From the NCBI GenBank assembly GCA_964016885.1, contig OZ024748.1, positions 48,794,001 through 48,858,000 of the forward strand: a stretch of DNA of 64,000 nt, read 5' to 3'. A model generated the notes under the pieces. It saw nothing but the letters and a program-made list of their open reading frames with translations. It was not told the DNA's origin and ran no database searches. Origin of the DNA: Eledone cirrhosa. Lineage: Eukaryota. Shown piece after piece: positions 41,400 to 54,145 of the stretch. How positions within the stretch are numbered: position 1 is the first letter of the stretch; each line of letters starts with the position of its first letter. Made by a program: the position numbers and the translations under genes.

Positions 41400-41678
41400 T
41401 AAAGTCTGTCTCAAGCCCAGAGGCTCAGCAGGCAGATGCTTATCTTGGTTTCCAAGGTGTTAAATGACTGAGAGTACAATACTTCCCCCTGGACAGAACA
41501 CCAGTCCATCGCAAGGTTAATCCCCAACTATTCCTGGTACACATTTTCAGCTGAGTATACTGGAGTAGTGCAAGGAAGTGTTTTGTTCAAGAAAACAACA
41601 CACCACCCAATCCAGGAATCAAACCCACAACGTTATGATCATAAGTCCAACATACTTACCACTAGGACATGCACCTCC
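41400..41678 (-). mobile_element. Old tRNA-derived CORE-like SINE (third tail type)
   Basis: Minus-strand ggaggtgcatgtcctagtggtaag head, ggtttgattcc B box, ttcttgaacaaaacactt block; tail fragment also at 11170-11250. Confidence 0.65.
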
Positions 41679-41943
41679 ATTATTAAAAAATTGAAAAACT
41701 GTTTATATTTAAGAACCTTTATATAAAAGCACTGATATACGTCGATGCTTTGGATGAAGAATATAATATCAATTCTCTGGAGATTGAGAAAAGAATGATA
41801 GTGGTAGGAACTAGGGTTTCTCCCTTACATTAGCTGATGTGGTTTCATTTGGAACAGGGTGTTAAGAGTTGTTTTACAACTCTTTTTGAAGTTTTAAATG
41901 ATATTTTCTGACTGCATATGTTTAAAACTGCGTAAGTTGCAGG

Positions 41944-41980
<37 letters not shown>

Positions 41981-42610
41981 GAGAAAGAAAGAGAGAGAAA
42001 GAAACAGTTCTATACAAGCGAGACACGATCACTCAACCAATCTTGCCTCAAGTGGGACAAACCCATCTGACCCATGCTAGCGTGGAAGATGGATGTTAAA
42101 CGATGATGATGATATACTATGCATTCTTTCTTCCATTAGTACATCTAAATGTATACATGTTTTAAGCTTGTAAATATACTTCAGTACACTGAATGTTTTT
42201 AGTTTTAATGTTGTGTTGGTGCAAAGTTAAGTATAAACAGTTGTCAAACTAACATACACACACATGTAAACTAAACAGAATTTTGTTTATGTAACCATAG
42301 GCTGTGCTTTCTCAGCAGGATAGCTGGGTCAGCAGAAGTTTGATGATGATTAATAAACTAGACAAGTTATTGCAATATTTCTGCTGCTGTCCCTGCAAAA
42401 TCTTGAGGTATATCATTAACATACACTTCTTGTAGCAAATCAATATATTATTGTATTCTTTCCACTTGCTTCAGTCATTGTTGCCATACAAAGGTGCCCC
42501 TTTTAACAGTATAGAATATTACATTGACCGCAGTTTAATTGATTGAACTCAAAATGTAAAGAGACTCAACCAAATACCAATGTTCGCTCTTCTTAGGACT
42601 CCACCACTCT

Positions 42611-42648
<38 letters not shown>

Positions 42649-43144
42649 GTCCACTTTCCTTTGCTGGCATCACAATTAGAATCAGTTCTTATCTGGAGTT
42701 ATTTCTCCTAGACAGGTTAGAAAAATATGTTTTGCTTATATGATCCTTTTAGAAGGGCATCCAGTTGTGAAAACCATGTTTATATCAAATACTAGACAAC
42801 CTCTTTAGAGCTGGTGCCATGATAAAATGTATTCAGTATACTTTTTAAAGTAGTTGGTGTTATGAAGCGCATCCTGCCATAGAAACACGTCTAAAAAGGA
42901 ATGTATTGCGGGAGATCTGGTTACCCGAACCTGTCTAAAAGGACAGTAGCTTTGATTAAACCCTAACTTGGTTTGGAACAACCCATTCAACCTATGACAA
43001 CATGAAAAAGTGGATATAAAATGATAATGATGATAATTAATCCAGGATGTAAATACCAGGTTTAATAATTTCTAAACTTGCTGTGACACCTAGTAAAGAC
43101 TCTGTATCGAGCCAATGAGGGTGCCTCTGCATGGTTATTTTAAG

Positions 43145-43382
43145 TTGTTAGAAATAGCAGACATATTCGATGAGTGAAGAAGTGCAAAGTAATCCCAGTG
43201 GAAGGAAGCTGTAGTAGAAGACGACCAAGGAAAACCTGGATGGAAGTGATGAGTGCTGATTTCCGACTGCTAAAACTCACAGAAAAGATGACAAAGGAAC
43301 ACGGCAAATGGAGAGATGTTGTACTGAGAAGAACCTGTCAACCCATACAAATGTAGAACAACAGATGTAAAATTATGATGAT
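43145..43382 (+). mobile_element. RTE 3' fragment
   Basis: KKCKVIPVEGSCSRRRPRKTWMEVMSADF. Confidence 0.75.
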
Positions 43383-44221
43383 TCCCTCAAATCACACACT
43401 ACCATCTTTAAACAGGAAGCACACATTTGACAATGTAGTTCTAGATATACATAGAGACGGAGTGATTTTGATCAAAAAGTCTCCTGGATCATGGCTAGCC
43501 TGGTTACCATATTTCTAATGAAAGACACTGTCGATAATTTTCAAATAAATTTTTAAATAATCAAGAATTTTGAGGGAATTTTTAGTAATATAACTCTTTA
43601 CTTTCTCATTATTAACTTGGTGTTTGGAGCATACCTTAACAAAGGTTGTTACATTGAATCATGATGGAAGGTTTTTAGATAAATATAAACATTTCAAAAT
43701 AATTTTATATCATAGAACTAGGGGCGTTCTGTTTCAGGCAGTTTGGTATCAGAAGAATTGAGCAGGTACGACAACAACAACAATTCTGTTAAGATCTTAT
43801 TGGATAGTTGAAATAAGTGATTGTGAAAGCTTCACAGGGCCTTTGCCTCATTGAATCCAGAAAGCTATCTTCACTGCTTTTTGGCTTTATTCAGAATCTG
43901 TTATTCAGAATAGCAAAGCTGAATAACATAACAGAACATAATCGTTGGACATTTCTTTAAATCTCTCCAACATGATCATGTCAAGTCTTATGTCATGACA
44001 TTAAACAAAACTAATATCTCCCTGGTGCTATGCTGGGGACAAAATAAATGTTCAACAGGTGACAATTCATAGAACACTGACCTTGTAACCTCAGTTAGAC
44101 AGGTGCCAATTCAATGAATATCTACCTTTTACCTATAATTAGACAGGTGGCAACTCACAGAATATTTATCTTTTACCTATACAAGTGCCAATTCACAGAA
44201 TATCTACCTTTTACCCTCAGT

Positions 44222-47022
44222 TTATAATGTACCAACACTAGTCTCTATAATGTATCAACACTAGTCTATATGATGTACCAACACTAATCTTTATAATGTA
44301 CCAACACTAGTCTCTATAATGTACCAACACTAGTCTCTATAATGTACCAACACTAGTCTCTATAATGTACCAACAGTAGTCTTTATAATGTACCAACACT
44401 AGTCTCTATAATGTATCAACACTAGTCTATATAATGTACCAACACTAGTCTCTATAATGTATTAACACTAGTCTATATGATGTACCAACACTAGTCTATA
44501 TGATGTACCAACACTAGTCAATATAATGTACCAACAGTAGTCTTTATAATGTACCAACACTAGTCTATATGATGTACCAACACTAGTCAATATAATGTAC
44601 CAACACTAGTCTCTATAATGTACCAACACTAGTCTATATGATGTACCAACACTAGTCTATATGATGTACCAACACTAGTCTCTATAATGTACCAACACTA
44701 GTCTATATGATGTACCAACACTAGTCAATATAATGTACCAACACTAGTCTCTATAATGTACCAACACTAGTCTCTATAATGTACCAACACTAGTCTCTAT
44801 AATGTACCAACACTAGTCTATATGATGTACCAACACTAGTCAATATAATGTACCAACAGTAGTCTTTATAATGTACCAACACTAGTCTATATGATGTACC
44901 AACACTAGTCAATATAATGTACCAACACTAGTCTCTATAATGTACCAACACTAGTCTATATGATGTACCAACACTAGTCTATATGATGTACCAACACTAG
45001 TCTATATGATGTACCAACACTAGTCTATATGATGTACCAACACTAGTCTATATAATGTACCAACACTAGTCTATATGATGAACCAATACTAGTCTATATG
45101 ATGAACCAACACTAGTCTATATGATGAACCAACACTAGTCTCTATAATGTACCAACACTAGTCTATATGATGAACCAACACTAGTCTATATGATGAACCA
45201 ACACTAGTCTCTATAATGTACCAACACTAGTCTATATGATGAACCAATACTAGTCTATATGATGTACCAACACTAGTCTATATAATGTACCAACACTAGT
45301 CTATATGATGAACCAATACTAGTCTATATGATGAACCAACACTAGTCTATATGATGAACCAACACTAGTCTCTATAATGTACCAACACTAGTCTATATGA
45401 TGAACCAACACTAGTCTATATGATGAACCAACACTAGTCTATATGATGAACCAACACTAGTCTATATGATGAACCAACACTAGTCTCTATAATGTACCAA
45501 CACTAGTCTATATGATGAACCAATACTAGTCTATATGATGTACCAACACTAGTCTATATGATGAACCAACACTAGTCTATATGATGAACCAACACTAGTC
45601 TCTATAATGTACCAACACTAGTCTATATGATGAACCAACACTAGTCTCTATAATGTACCAACACTAGTCTATATGATGAACCAATACTAGTCTATATGAT
45701 GTACCAACACTAGTCAATATAATGTACCAACACTAGTCTATATGATGAACCAATACTAGTCTATATGATGAACCAACACTAGTCTATATGATGAACCAAC
45801 ACTAGTCTATATAATGTACCAACACTAGTCTATATGATGAACCAACACTAGTCTATATGATGAACCAACACTAGTCTATATAATGTACCAACACTAGTCT
45901 ATATAATGTACCAACACTAGTCTATATGATGTACCAACATTAGTCTATATAATGTACCAACACTAGTCTATATAATGTACCAACACTAGTCTATATGATG
46001 AACCAACACTAGTCTATATAATGTACCAACACTAGTCTATATGATGAACCAACACTAGTCTATATGATGAACCAACACTAGTCTATATAATGTACCAACA
46101 CTAGTCAATATAATGTACCAACACTAGTCTATATGATGAACCAACACTAGTCTATATGATGAACCAATACTAGTCTCTATAATGTACCAACACTAGTCTA
46201 TATGATGAACCAACACTAGTCTATATGATGAACCAATACTAGTCTCTATAATGTACCAACACTAGTCTATATGATGAACCAACACTAGTCTATATGATGA
46301 ACCAATACTAGTCTCTATAATGTACCAACACTAGTCTATATGATGAACCAACACTAGTCTATATGATGAACCAACACTAGTCTATATGATGAACCAATAC
46401 TAGTCTCTATAATGTACCAATACTAGTCTCTATAATGTACCAACACTAGTCTATATGATGAACCAACACTAGTCTATATGATGAACCAACACTAGTCTAT
46501 ATGATGAACCAACACTAGTCTATATAATGTACCAACACTAGTCAATATAATGTACCAACACTAGTCTATATGATGAACCAACACTAGTCTATATGATGAA
46601 CCAATACTAGTCTCTATAATGTACCAACACTAGTCTATATGATGAACCAACACTAGTCTATATGATGAACCAACACTAGTCTATATGATGAACCAACACT
46701 AGTCTCTATAATGTACCAATACTAGTCTCTATAATGTACCAACACTAGTCTATATGATGAACCAACACTAGTCTATATGATGAACCAATACTAGTCTCTA
46801 TAATGTACCAATACTAGTCTATATGATGAACCAACACTAGTCTATATGATGAACCAACACTAGTCTCTATAATGTACCAACACTAGTCTATATGATGAAC
46901 CAACACTAGTCTATATGATGAACCAACACTAGTCTATATGATGAACCAACACTAGTCTCTATAATGTACCAACACTAGTCTATATGATGAACCAACACTA
47001 ATATATAATATACCAACACTAG
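44222..47022. repeat. 23-bp satellite, ~120 copies
   Basis: tctctataatgtaccaacactag / tctatatgatg(t/a)accaacactag, period 23. Confidence 0.95.
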
Positions 47023-48036
47023 TCTATAATATAATGATTTGAGAACTGCGAGACTGTGTCCTTTTTATTTATTTTTTATCACATTATTAAAATAAGTTGG
47101 ATTAATTTAAATAAATCAAGAATGAATATTACGTAATTTATCTACTAAATTTCTTAGCTCTTGATTAAACATAAATATTCTTATATATAATATATTCCTT
47201 ATTTCAAGATTCACCTCTTTTAAAATTTTCAAATGTCAACACTTCCGTTAGTGCCCGTTCATCCTAACACTTCGCTGTACATTATATTTTCATCGCTATA
47301 TCACACCACTTGTATATCATTATATATATAAAAGGGCAGTGGATTGGCAGTATCGGTAGAGGGTCGGGTGCCAGCATAGTTACGTCCCTTTACGATCTGA
47401 GTTCAAATCCCGCCGAGGTTGACTTTGCCTTTCATCCTTACGGGGTCGATAAAATAAAGTACCAGTAATACACTGGGATAATTGTTGGCCTTGTGCCTAA
47501 AATAGAAACAATTATATATATAAAAGGGCGGTGAATTGGCAGTATCGGTAGAGGGTCGGATGCCATGCTTTGCAGCACAGTTACGTCCCTTTACGGACTG
47601 AGTTCAAATCCCGCCGAGGTTAACTTTGCCTTTTATCCTTACGGGGTCGATAAAATAAAGTACCAGTAATACACTGGGATAATTGCTGGCCTTGTGCCTA
47701 AAGCAGAAACAATTATATATATAAACGTTCATATATTGCGTTGTTATATCATACTGTCTATATTTCCGTCGCTAATCTCATTTTCTCCTTTTTTGTTATA
47801 ACATTTTCCCGTAATGCAGTTTATATATATATCATCTTTTTTTAAATGTACCATGGATTACGTTACTGATTACAGCAGACAGTGTAACACAGTCTCTCTT
47901 CAATTTCTGTGTATATTGTCAATTTACTTTTCATTTTACATATCATATCTACATGCATATATATTTGCGTATAATATCAATATGCTCACTACACATGCTA
48001 GCAGAAAAACCATCTAGAGGGTGGTTTTTCTGTTTG
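47023..48036 (+). mobile_element. Non-autonomous Helitron-like element with two nested SINE A copies (47334-47715)
   Basis: 5' tctataatataat; 3' hairpin cagaaaaaccatctagagggtggtttttctg; homologous along its length to 61314-62003 (-). Confidence 0.7.
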
Positions 48037-48051
48037 TCTTTATATTGTATT

Positions 48052-48298
48052 GTCTTTATATTGTACCAACACTAGTCTATATTGTACCAACATTAGTCTT
48101 ATATTGTACCAACACTAGTCTTATATTGTACCAACACTAGTCTATATTGTACCAACATTAGTCTTATATTGTACCAACACTAGTCTTATATTGTACCAAC
48201 ACTAGTCTTATATTGTACCAACACTAGTCTATATTGTACCAACACTAGTCTTATATTGTACCAACACTAGTCTTATATTGTACCAACACTAGTCTATA
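48052..48298. repeat. 21-22 bp variant of the 23-bp satellite, ~11 copies
   Basis: ttatattgtaccaacactagtc. Confidence 0.9.
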
Positions 48299-48560
48299 TG
48301 GTGTACTTATAGAATAACAACCGTTACATTGCTCCATCTCATTCTGTCATCATCTAGACATTTCCAGATATAAATTTTTGATATATGCCATTATTCTGGC
48401 AGAAAACAAAAGATAATAATAATGAAACTTTTCTGTTGATAATCCTAATTCTTAGTTTAACCAATACAACTCCACTGAACATTTCATCATGTCATTAGAT
48501 AAACATTTTCACTGGAAGTTTAATTAACTCACCGGATTTATGTGCTAAATTTATTACATG

Positions 48561-48618
<58 letters not shown>

Positions 48619-48695
48619 TGTATGTTTTTACTAAAGAAATTTTAGCCTGATAGTGGTGTTTAGAACCCTCTAAGAAATGGAAAAAGATGAGTATT

Positions 48696-48766
48696 AACGT
48701 ACATGGGAGTCGAACCCACATCTTTGGATATTCAGACCACTGTACTACCATTACACCAACACATCA
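48696..48766 (-). pseudogene. tRNA-like sequence (decayed cloverleaf)
   Basis: gatgtgttggtgtaatggtagtacagtggtctgaatatccaaagatgtgggttcgactcccatgtacgtta: A box, T arm gtggg-ttcgact-cccat, wobble-rich acceptor stem, mismatched anticodon stem. Confidence 0.6.
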
Positions 48767-49025
48767 TCCATCTCTTTCCATTCAAATTAGAGGCTACATT
48801 CTTAGCAAGTATAATGAAAAGTAAGTGTTTTGAAACACCAAACGGGTTTAAAATTAGAAATAGAAGTTTGCGCCGTATGTTTTGACTAAAGAAATTTTAG
48901 CCTGATAGTGGGTTTTTTCCATTTCTTAGAGGGTTCTAAATACCACTATCAGGCTAAAATGTCTTTAGTCAAAACATACGGCGAAAGCTGTTTCAAAACA
49001 TACTTATATATATATATATATATAT

Positions 49026-49500
49026 TGGACGGAGAACTTTGGCGCTACGCAGTAATACAGAAGACCCGCCTTGCCTATGTACAAAGCGAAACCTACAGTT
49101 AGTAGGCACCTCTTAATATACACCCCAATCAACTACCCCTACCCTATCCTCCCACTCCCACTAACACCACCCTCTCTCTGTAAAGTTGGTACCACAACAT
49201 CCAGTCCAAATAAATGAGATACTGAGATCGAGATCGTGTAGGTGTCACGACAAAAAAAAAACACACACAGTCCACGCTGTAATGTGGCCGTGTAGGTAAC
49301 ACGGTAAAAAGTTCCCAGTTCCACACTGTAAATGTGGTTGGTGTTAGGAAGGGCATCCAGCCATATAAAACCTGCCAGATAGTTCTATATGAGCGAGACA
49401 CGGTCACCCGACCAACCTTGCCTCAAGTGGGACAACTCCCGTCTAACCCATGCTAGCGTGGAAGATAGACGTTAAATGAAGATGATGATGATGATGGTGA
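49026..49500 (+). mobile_element. RTE 3' end plus SINE-like module (further family)
   Basis: DGELWRYAVIQKTR, ggttggtgttaggaagggcatccagc, (GAT)n; sibling at 51208-51490. Confidence 0.7.
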
Positions 49501-49605
49501 TTTAAGGTATCATAACATTTAAATTATGTATGATATTTGTGCTTCTCAATGGAAAAGCTCAATAGATATTTGTCCAGAGCATCAATAATTCAAATTTATA
49601 AATAT

Positions 49606-49872
49606 CATTTTACGTCCGCTTTTCCCTGCTTGCAAGGGTGGGACGCGAACTGATTCTGGCTTGATTTCTACAGCTGGATGCCCTTCCTAACACCAACCTC
49701 ATTTATATTGAGTGTTGGGTGCTTTTTTGGGGGGGAAGGGGGGCACCTCCACAACCACTTTATAGTGTGGACTGGGTGCTTTTTTTTTTGCCATGGCACC
49801 TCCACGACCACTTTGCAGTGGCATGATATGGACCCCAGTCCCTATCATCTCATTTCTACAGCTGAGTAAACT
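49606..49872 (-). mobile_element. SINE B, 5'-truncated
   Basis: Reverse complement of family B body and tail. Confidence 0.8.
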
Positions 49873-49897
49873 TTGTATATATATATAGAGAGAGAGA

Positions 49898-50500
49898 AGT
49901 GGTTGATAGCTTCTGCTATCTAGGTGACCTAATTAGCAACGGAGGAGGGTGCATGTATAATAGCTAGAATAAGGATAGGATAGAAGTTTAGAGAGCTACT
50001 CCCACTGTTGGCAACAAAAGCTTTCTCCCTATGTACAAAAGGACGACTGTAAGATACCTGTGTGTGAAGTGCGAAGCTGCATAGTAGTGAAACATGGACT
50101 GTGACTGCAGAGGATATTTGTAGACTGGAGAGAAATGAAGCAGCTATGCTTCGTTGGATGTACAATGTAAATGTGAATGAAAGGCAGAGCTTGGATGAAA
50201 AACTGGGTTTGAGAGGAATTTGAAGTGGTGTGCAACAGAGAAGACTGTATTGGTACGGACATGTGATGGGCATGGATGTTTATCACTGGTGAAGAAGTGC
50301 CAGGAAATCCCAGTGGAAGGAAGGCAAAGTATAGGTAGACCAAGGAAGACCTGGGCTGAGGTGGTGAGAGCTGATCTCAAATTACTGAAACTCACACAGG
50401 AAATGATGAAGGAATGCAGTGAATGAAGAGATGCTGTGCTGAAAAAGACTTGTCAAACCCATGAAAGCATGGAAAAACAGGTGTGAAAAGGATGATGATT
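49898..50500 (+). mobile_element. Decayed RTE 3' region
   Basis: VDSFCYLGDLIS...HSSETW...GRPRKTWAEVVRADL with frameshifts; (GAT)n tail. Confidence 0.85.
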
Positions 50501-50577
50501 GATATATATATATATATCAGTGTTTACATGTGTGTGTGTATATATGTGTGTGTATAAATATGTTTCTCTCTCTCTCT

Positions 50578-51130
50578 AGTAATATTAATAAATTTGAAGA
50601 CTAAAATCCAAAGAGGGCTCGATAAGGATAAATATATATCAAATATTAACGGGATCTTCTGAAACTAAAAAAAATCAATCTGTGAACGCAGAAGTAAATA
50701 TTTCGAAAAACGTAAATATTTCGAAAAACGTTGCAACCGAAGGAAAACAGGAAGACGATACTTTGGTTCATGAAGACGTTCCCTGGCAATGAACGGAACA
50801 AAGCGAAGATAATGCGTCGTTATGTGGAACGATAAAGCTACCACATCAAGATGTAAATTATCCGCATATTTTTCGTACTATCCGTTAGGGTATAATGTGG
50901 GGCTGTAATACAGGAAAGTTTTATGCAATTTGTGTTTACAAGCTGAAACTGCATCAGATTTTTTTGTTTAAGTTGTGATCATTGGCGTAGAATGAATCCG
51001 TTTTTTGTATAAGAAGTTTTAAATATGACTTCCTGCCAGGTACGGGTATGTTCTTTGTAGAAATATTCAGGTGCTGCTTCTGCATGTTGAATATAAGTCA
51101 ATAGAGTGCTCAACCGAGGGAGCCAATTAA
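50578..51130 (-). mobile_element. Internally deleted Penelope-like element
   Basis: Minus strand from ATG at 51085: MQKQHLNISTKNIPVPGRKSYLKLLIQKTDSF fused to LNKK/SDAVSACKHK (one extra A), stop at 50878; 3' region carries the CAGAAGA hammerhead family seen at 12484-12722. Confidence 0.6.
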
Positions 51131-51157
51131 TAATAATAATAAATGTGGAGACTAAAA

Positions 51158-51210
<53 letters not shown>

Positions 51211-51524
51211 GTACCACAACATCCAGTCCGAAATAAATGAGGTCGTGTAGGTGTCACGACAAAAAAAAACACACAGTCCACGCTGTAATGTGGCCGTGTA
51301 GGTAACACGGTAAAAACCTCCCAGTCCACACTGTAAACGTGGTTGGTGTTAGGAAGGGCATCCAGCCAGACAGTCCTATGCGAGCAAGACAACCACTCTT
51401 GCCTCAAGTGGGAAAATTCTCGTCCAAACCCATGCAAGCGTGGAAGATGGACGTTAAACGATGATGATGATGATGATGATGATGATGATATATATAGTGG
51501 AACTTTGGCTCATGAACTTAATAG

Positions 51525-51860
51525 ATTTGCCTTTCATCCTTACAGGGTTGATAAAATAAAGCACCAGTAATGCAATGTGGTCGATTTAATCGATTTCCCC
51601 TCCCCCCCAAAATTGATGGCCTTGTGCCTATAGTAGAAATCATTATTATTATTATCCCCTCCTCCCTGGCGGTGGATTGGCAGTATCGGTAGAGGGTCGG
51701 ACGCCATGCTTTCCAGCATAGTTACGTCCCTTTACGATCTGAGCTCAAATCCCGCCGAGGTTGACTTTGCCTTTCATCCTTACGGGGTCGATAAAATAAA
51801 GTACCAGTAATGTACTGGGTAATTGCTGGCCTTGTGCCTAAAGTAGAAACAATTATTATT
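51525..51860 (+). mobile_element. Two SINE A copies
   Basis: Young full copy at 51667-51855 flanked by duplicated attattattatcccctcctccctg. Confidence 0.88.
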
Positions 51861-53184
51861 ATCCCCTCCTCCCTGTCCCCTGTCTTCATGCTTCTTAACA
51901 CTTTCTAAGTAATCTTTCACCAGTATAAGTGTAAAGTGGGGGAAGGGAGGTAAACCCACACACTTTGGAACAATTTTAACTGAAGAATATTTTCTTAAAT
52001 AACTTTCTAAATTAAGTGTAAACTAATGATATCTTTTTTTAAAATTATATTCTAAGTTTATTGAAAATTGTTAAGAACTAAAGAATTTTAAATTAGAAAT
52101 CTCCCTCATGATGTATTTTATAAAAATGTTTAAATTGAAGAAGACATTAACCTGTTTTGAAGATGGATTGATCATTATTTTATGTTTATAAAGAAAGGGA
52201 GAAAAAAAAGAGAGAAATTGGAAGAATATGTTGTAGCATATGGCAACAATGATTCTTTTGTCAAAGGTTTTAATAATTTGTTTTTGTTGTTGTTTTCATT
52301 TCAAATCTCTATTGCCAAGAAGAAAGTTTGAAAAAAATTAAAAGGAAAAAAAAAAAAAATATATATTACTTGGTTGATTTATGAAGCATTTGAAAATTGA
52401 AAATATAGCCTCCACAATGCAAATAACTATAGATAAAAGTTGATAGCTATAGATAAAGTACCCGTGCAGATTGAAAAATATTTTATGTTGATTACTGACA
52501 TATGGAGGTGATTAAGGAATAAATGATCAATGGTGAAGTCATAGAACTTAACATTAAGATAGGGGTCCTAAGCAGCCCTACAAATCCTGTTTTCGTGATA
52601 GCATTTATTGCAGCAATCTGCCAGTACACTGCAAGCAACAGGAGTTATGTTGAGTTGTTTGAGAGAGGTTTTGTGTCACTGTACTGCTAATGTAATGATT
52701 GACTGAGAGAGAGAGTATGGGGGAGGGGGTAGAGAGGGAATGAGGAGAAAAGATGGGAAAGAGTGAGGAGGACAGAGACAGTGGAATGAGAAAGAGAGTA
52801 TGTAGCCTATGTATGGATGAAAGAAATCTTCAATAATGTATGAAGAGCTGATTTATTTTAACAATGATATATGACAGAAATTAGTTCTTTTATTGCCAAC
52901 CCACCCTAGTCAAACCCTGCATAAATGGTACAGAATCTCATTTTAAAGTGATCTTATAGAAATTATTACTTTGCTTCATAATTTTACAGAGGAGTGCTTT
53001 GTTAGATTACATTTTGAAAGGCAGATCAATTATACCAAAATAAGTTATTTTTACTAAATCCAAACAAATTCTTGATTTTAAATATTAACTTTTCATGACC
53101 ATATTTCTAACGAAATACACTCTATTTCAATTAATTAATGAATAATTTTTTTCATATATGTTCTTTATTATGGTTAAGTGATGA

Positions 53185-53238
53185 GTCGTGTTACTCAGGA
53201 GTTTCACCTGTGTACTCACAGGCTCATCAGGCAGGAAG
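53185..53238 (-). ncRNA. Type I hammerhead ribozyme-like motif (stem I partly decayed)
   Basis: cttcctgc CTGATGA gcctgtg agta cacaggt GAAA ctc ct gag TA acacgac: canonical core, 7-bp stem II, short stem III, GUA triplet. Confidence 0.7.
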
Positions 53239-53298
53239 ATCGGCAGATAGAAAATACCCTTATCTAATTGATTGTGTCAACATTTTGTGACAATTGCC

Positions 53299-53734
<436 letters not shown>

Positions 53735-53811
53735 GTAAGGTTGCAAAGATGCGCCCATAGGCGGTATGCCGGTTGAGCACTCTATGTTCCTTCGGAGCAG
53801 AGTATGATAAT

Positions 53812-53919
53812 ATGGAAAGCAAAGAATCAGTTATGCATTGGAACACAATTTATTACGTATTACAATTGTAATACGTAATAAATTGTGTTCGGATGCATCA
53901 CTGATTCTTCGCTTTCCAT
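53812..53919. repeat. Loopless 108-bp palindrome
   Basis: Centred on acaattgt at 53862-53869. Confidence 0.9.
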
Positions 53920-53954
53920 TTTATAGACATATATATATATATATATATATATAT

Positions 53955-54145
53955 AACGAAGGAAATGTGGTAAGGAACCAGGTGGACCATAACGCACCAA
54001 AGTACTCAATACTTGAGGTAGTAGAGTGGGTAATAGGAACCAGTAAGACCCCGACAGCTGAGCTCAAGCCGTTTCGACGGCTAATTCGAATGAATTAGCC
54101 GTCGAAACGGCTTGAGCTCAGCTGTCGGGGTCTTACTGGTTCCTA
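53955..54145 (-). mobile_element. Palindromic short element in (TA)n, copy B
   Basis: Inverted copy of 12832-13020; palindrome at 54034-54145. Confidence 0.85.

Noticed and set aside
44222-47022. CRISPR-like periodic array
   Set aside because: Contiguous 23-bp monomers with no unique spacers and no cas genes; eukaryotic context.
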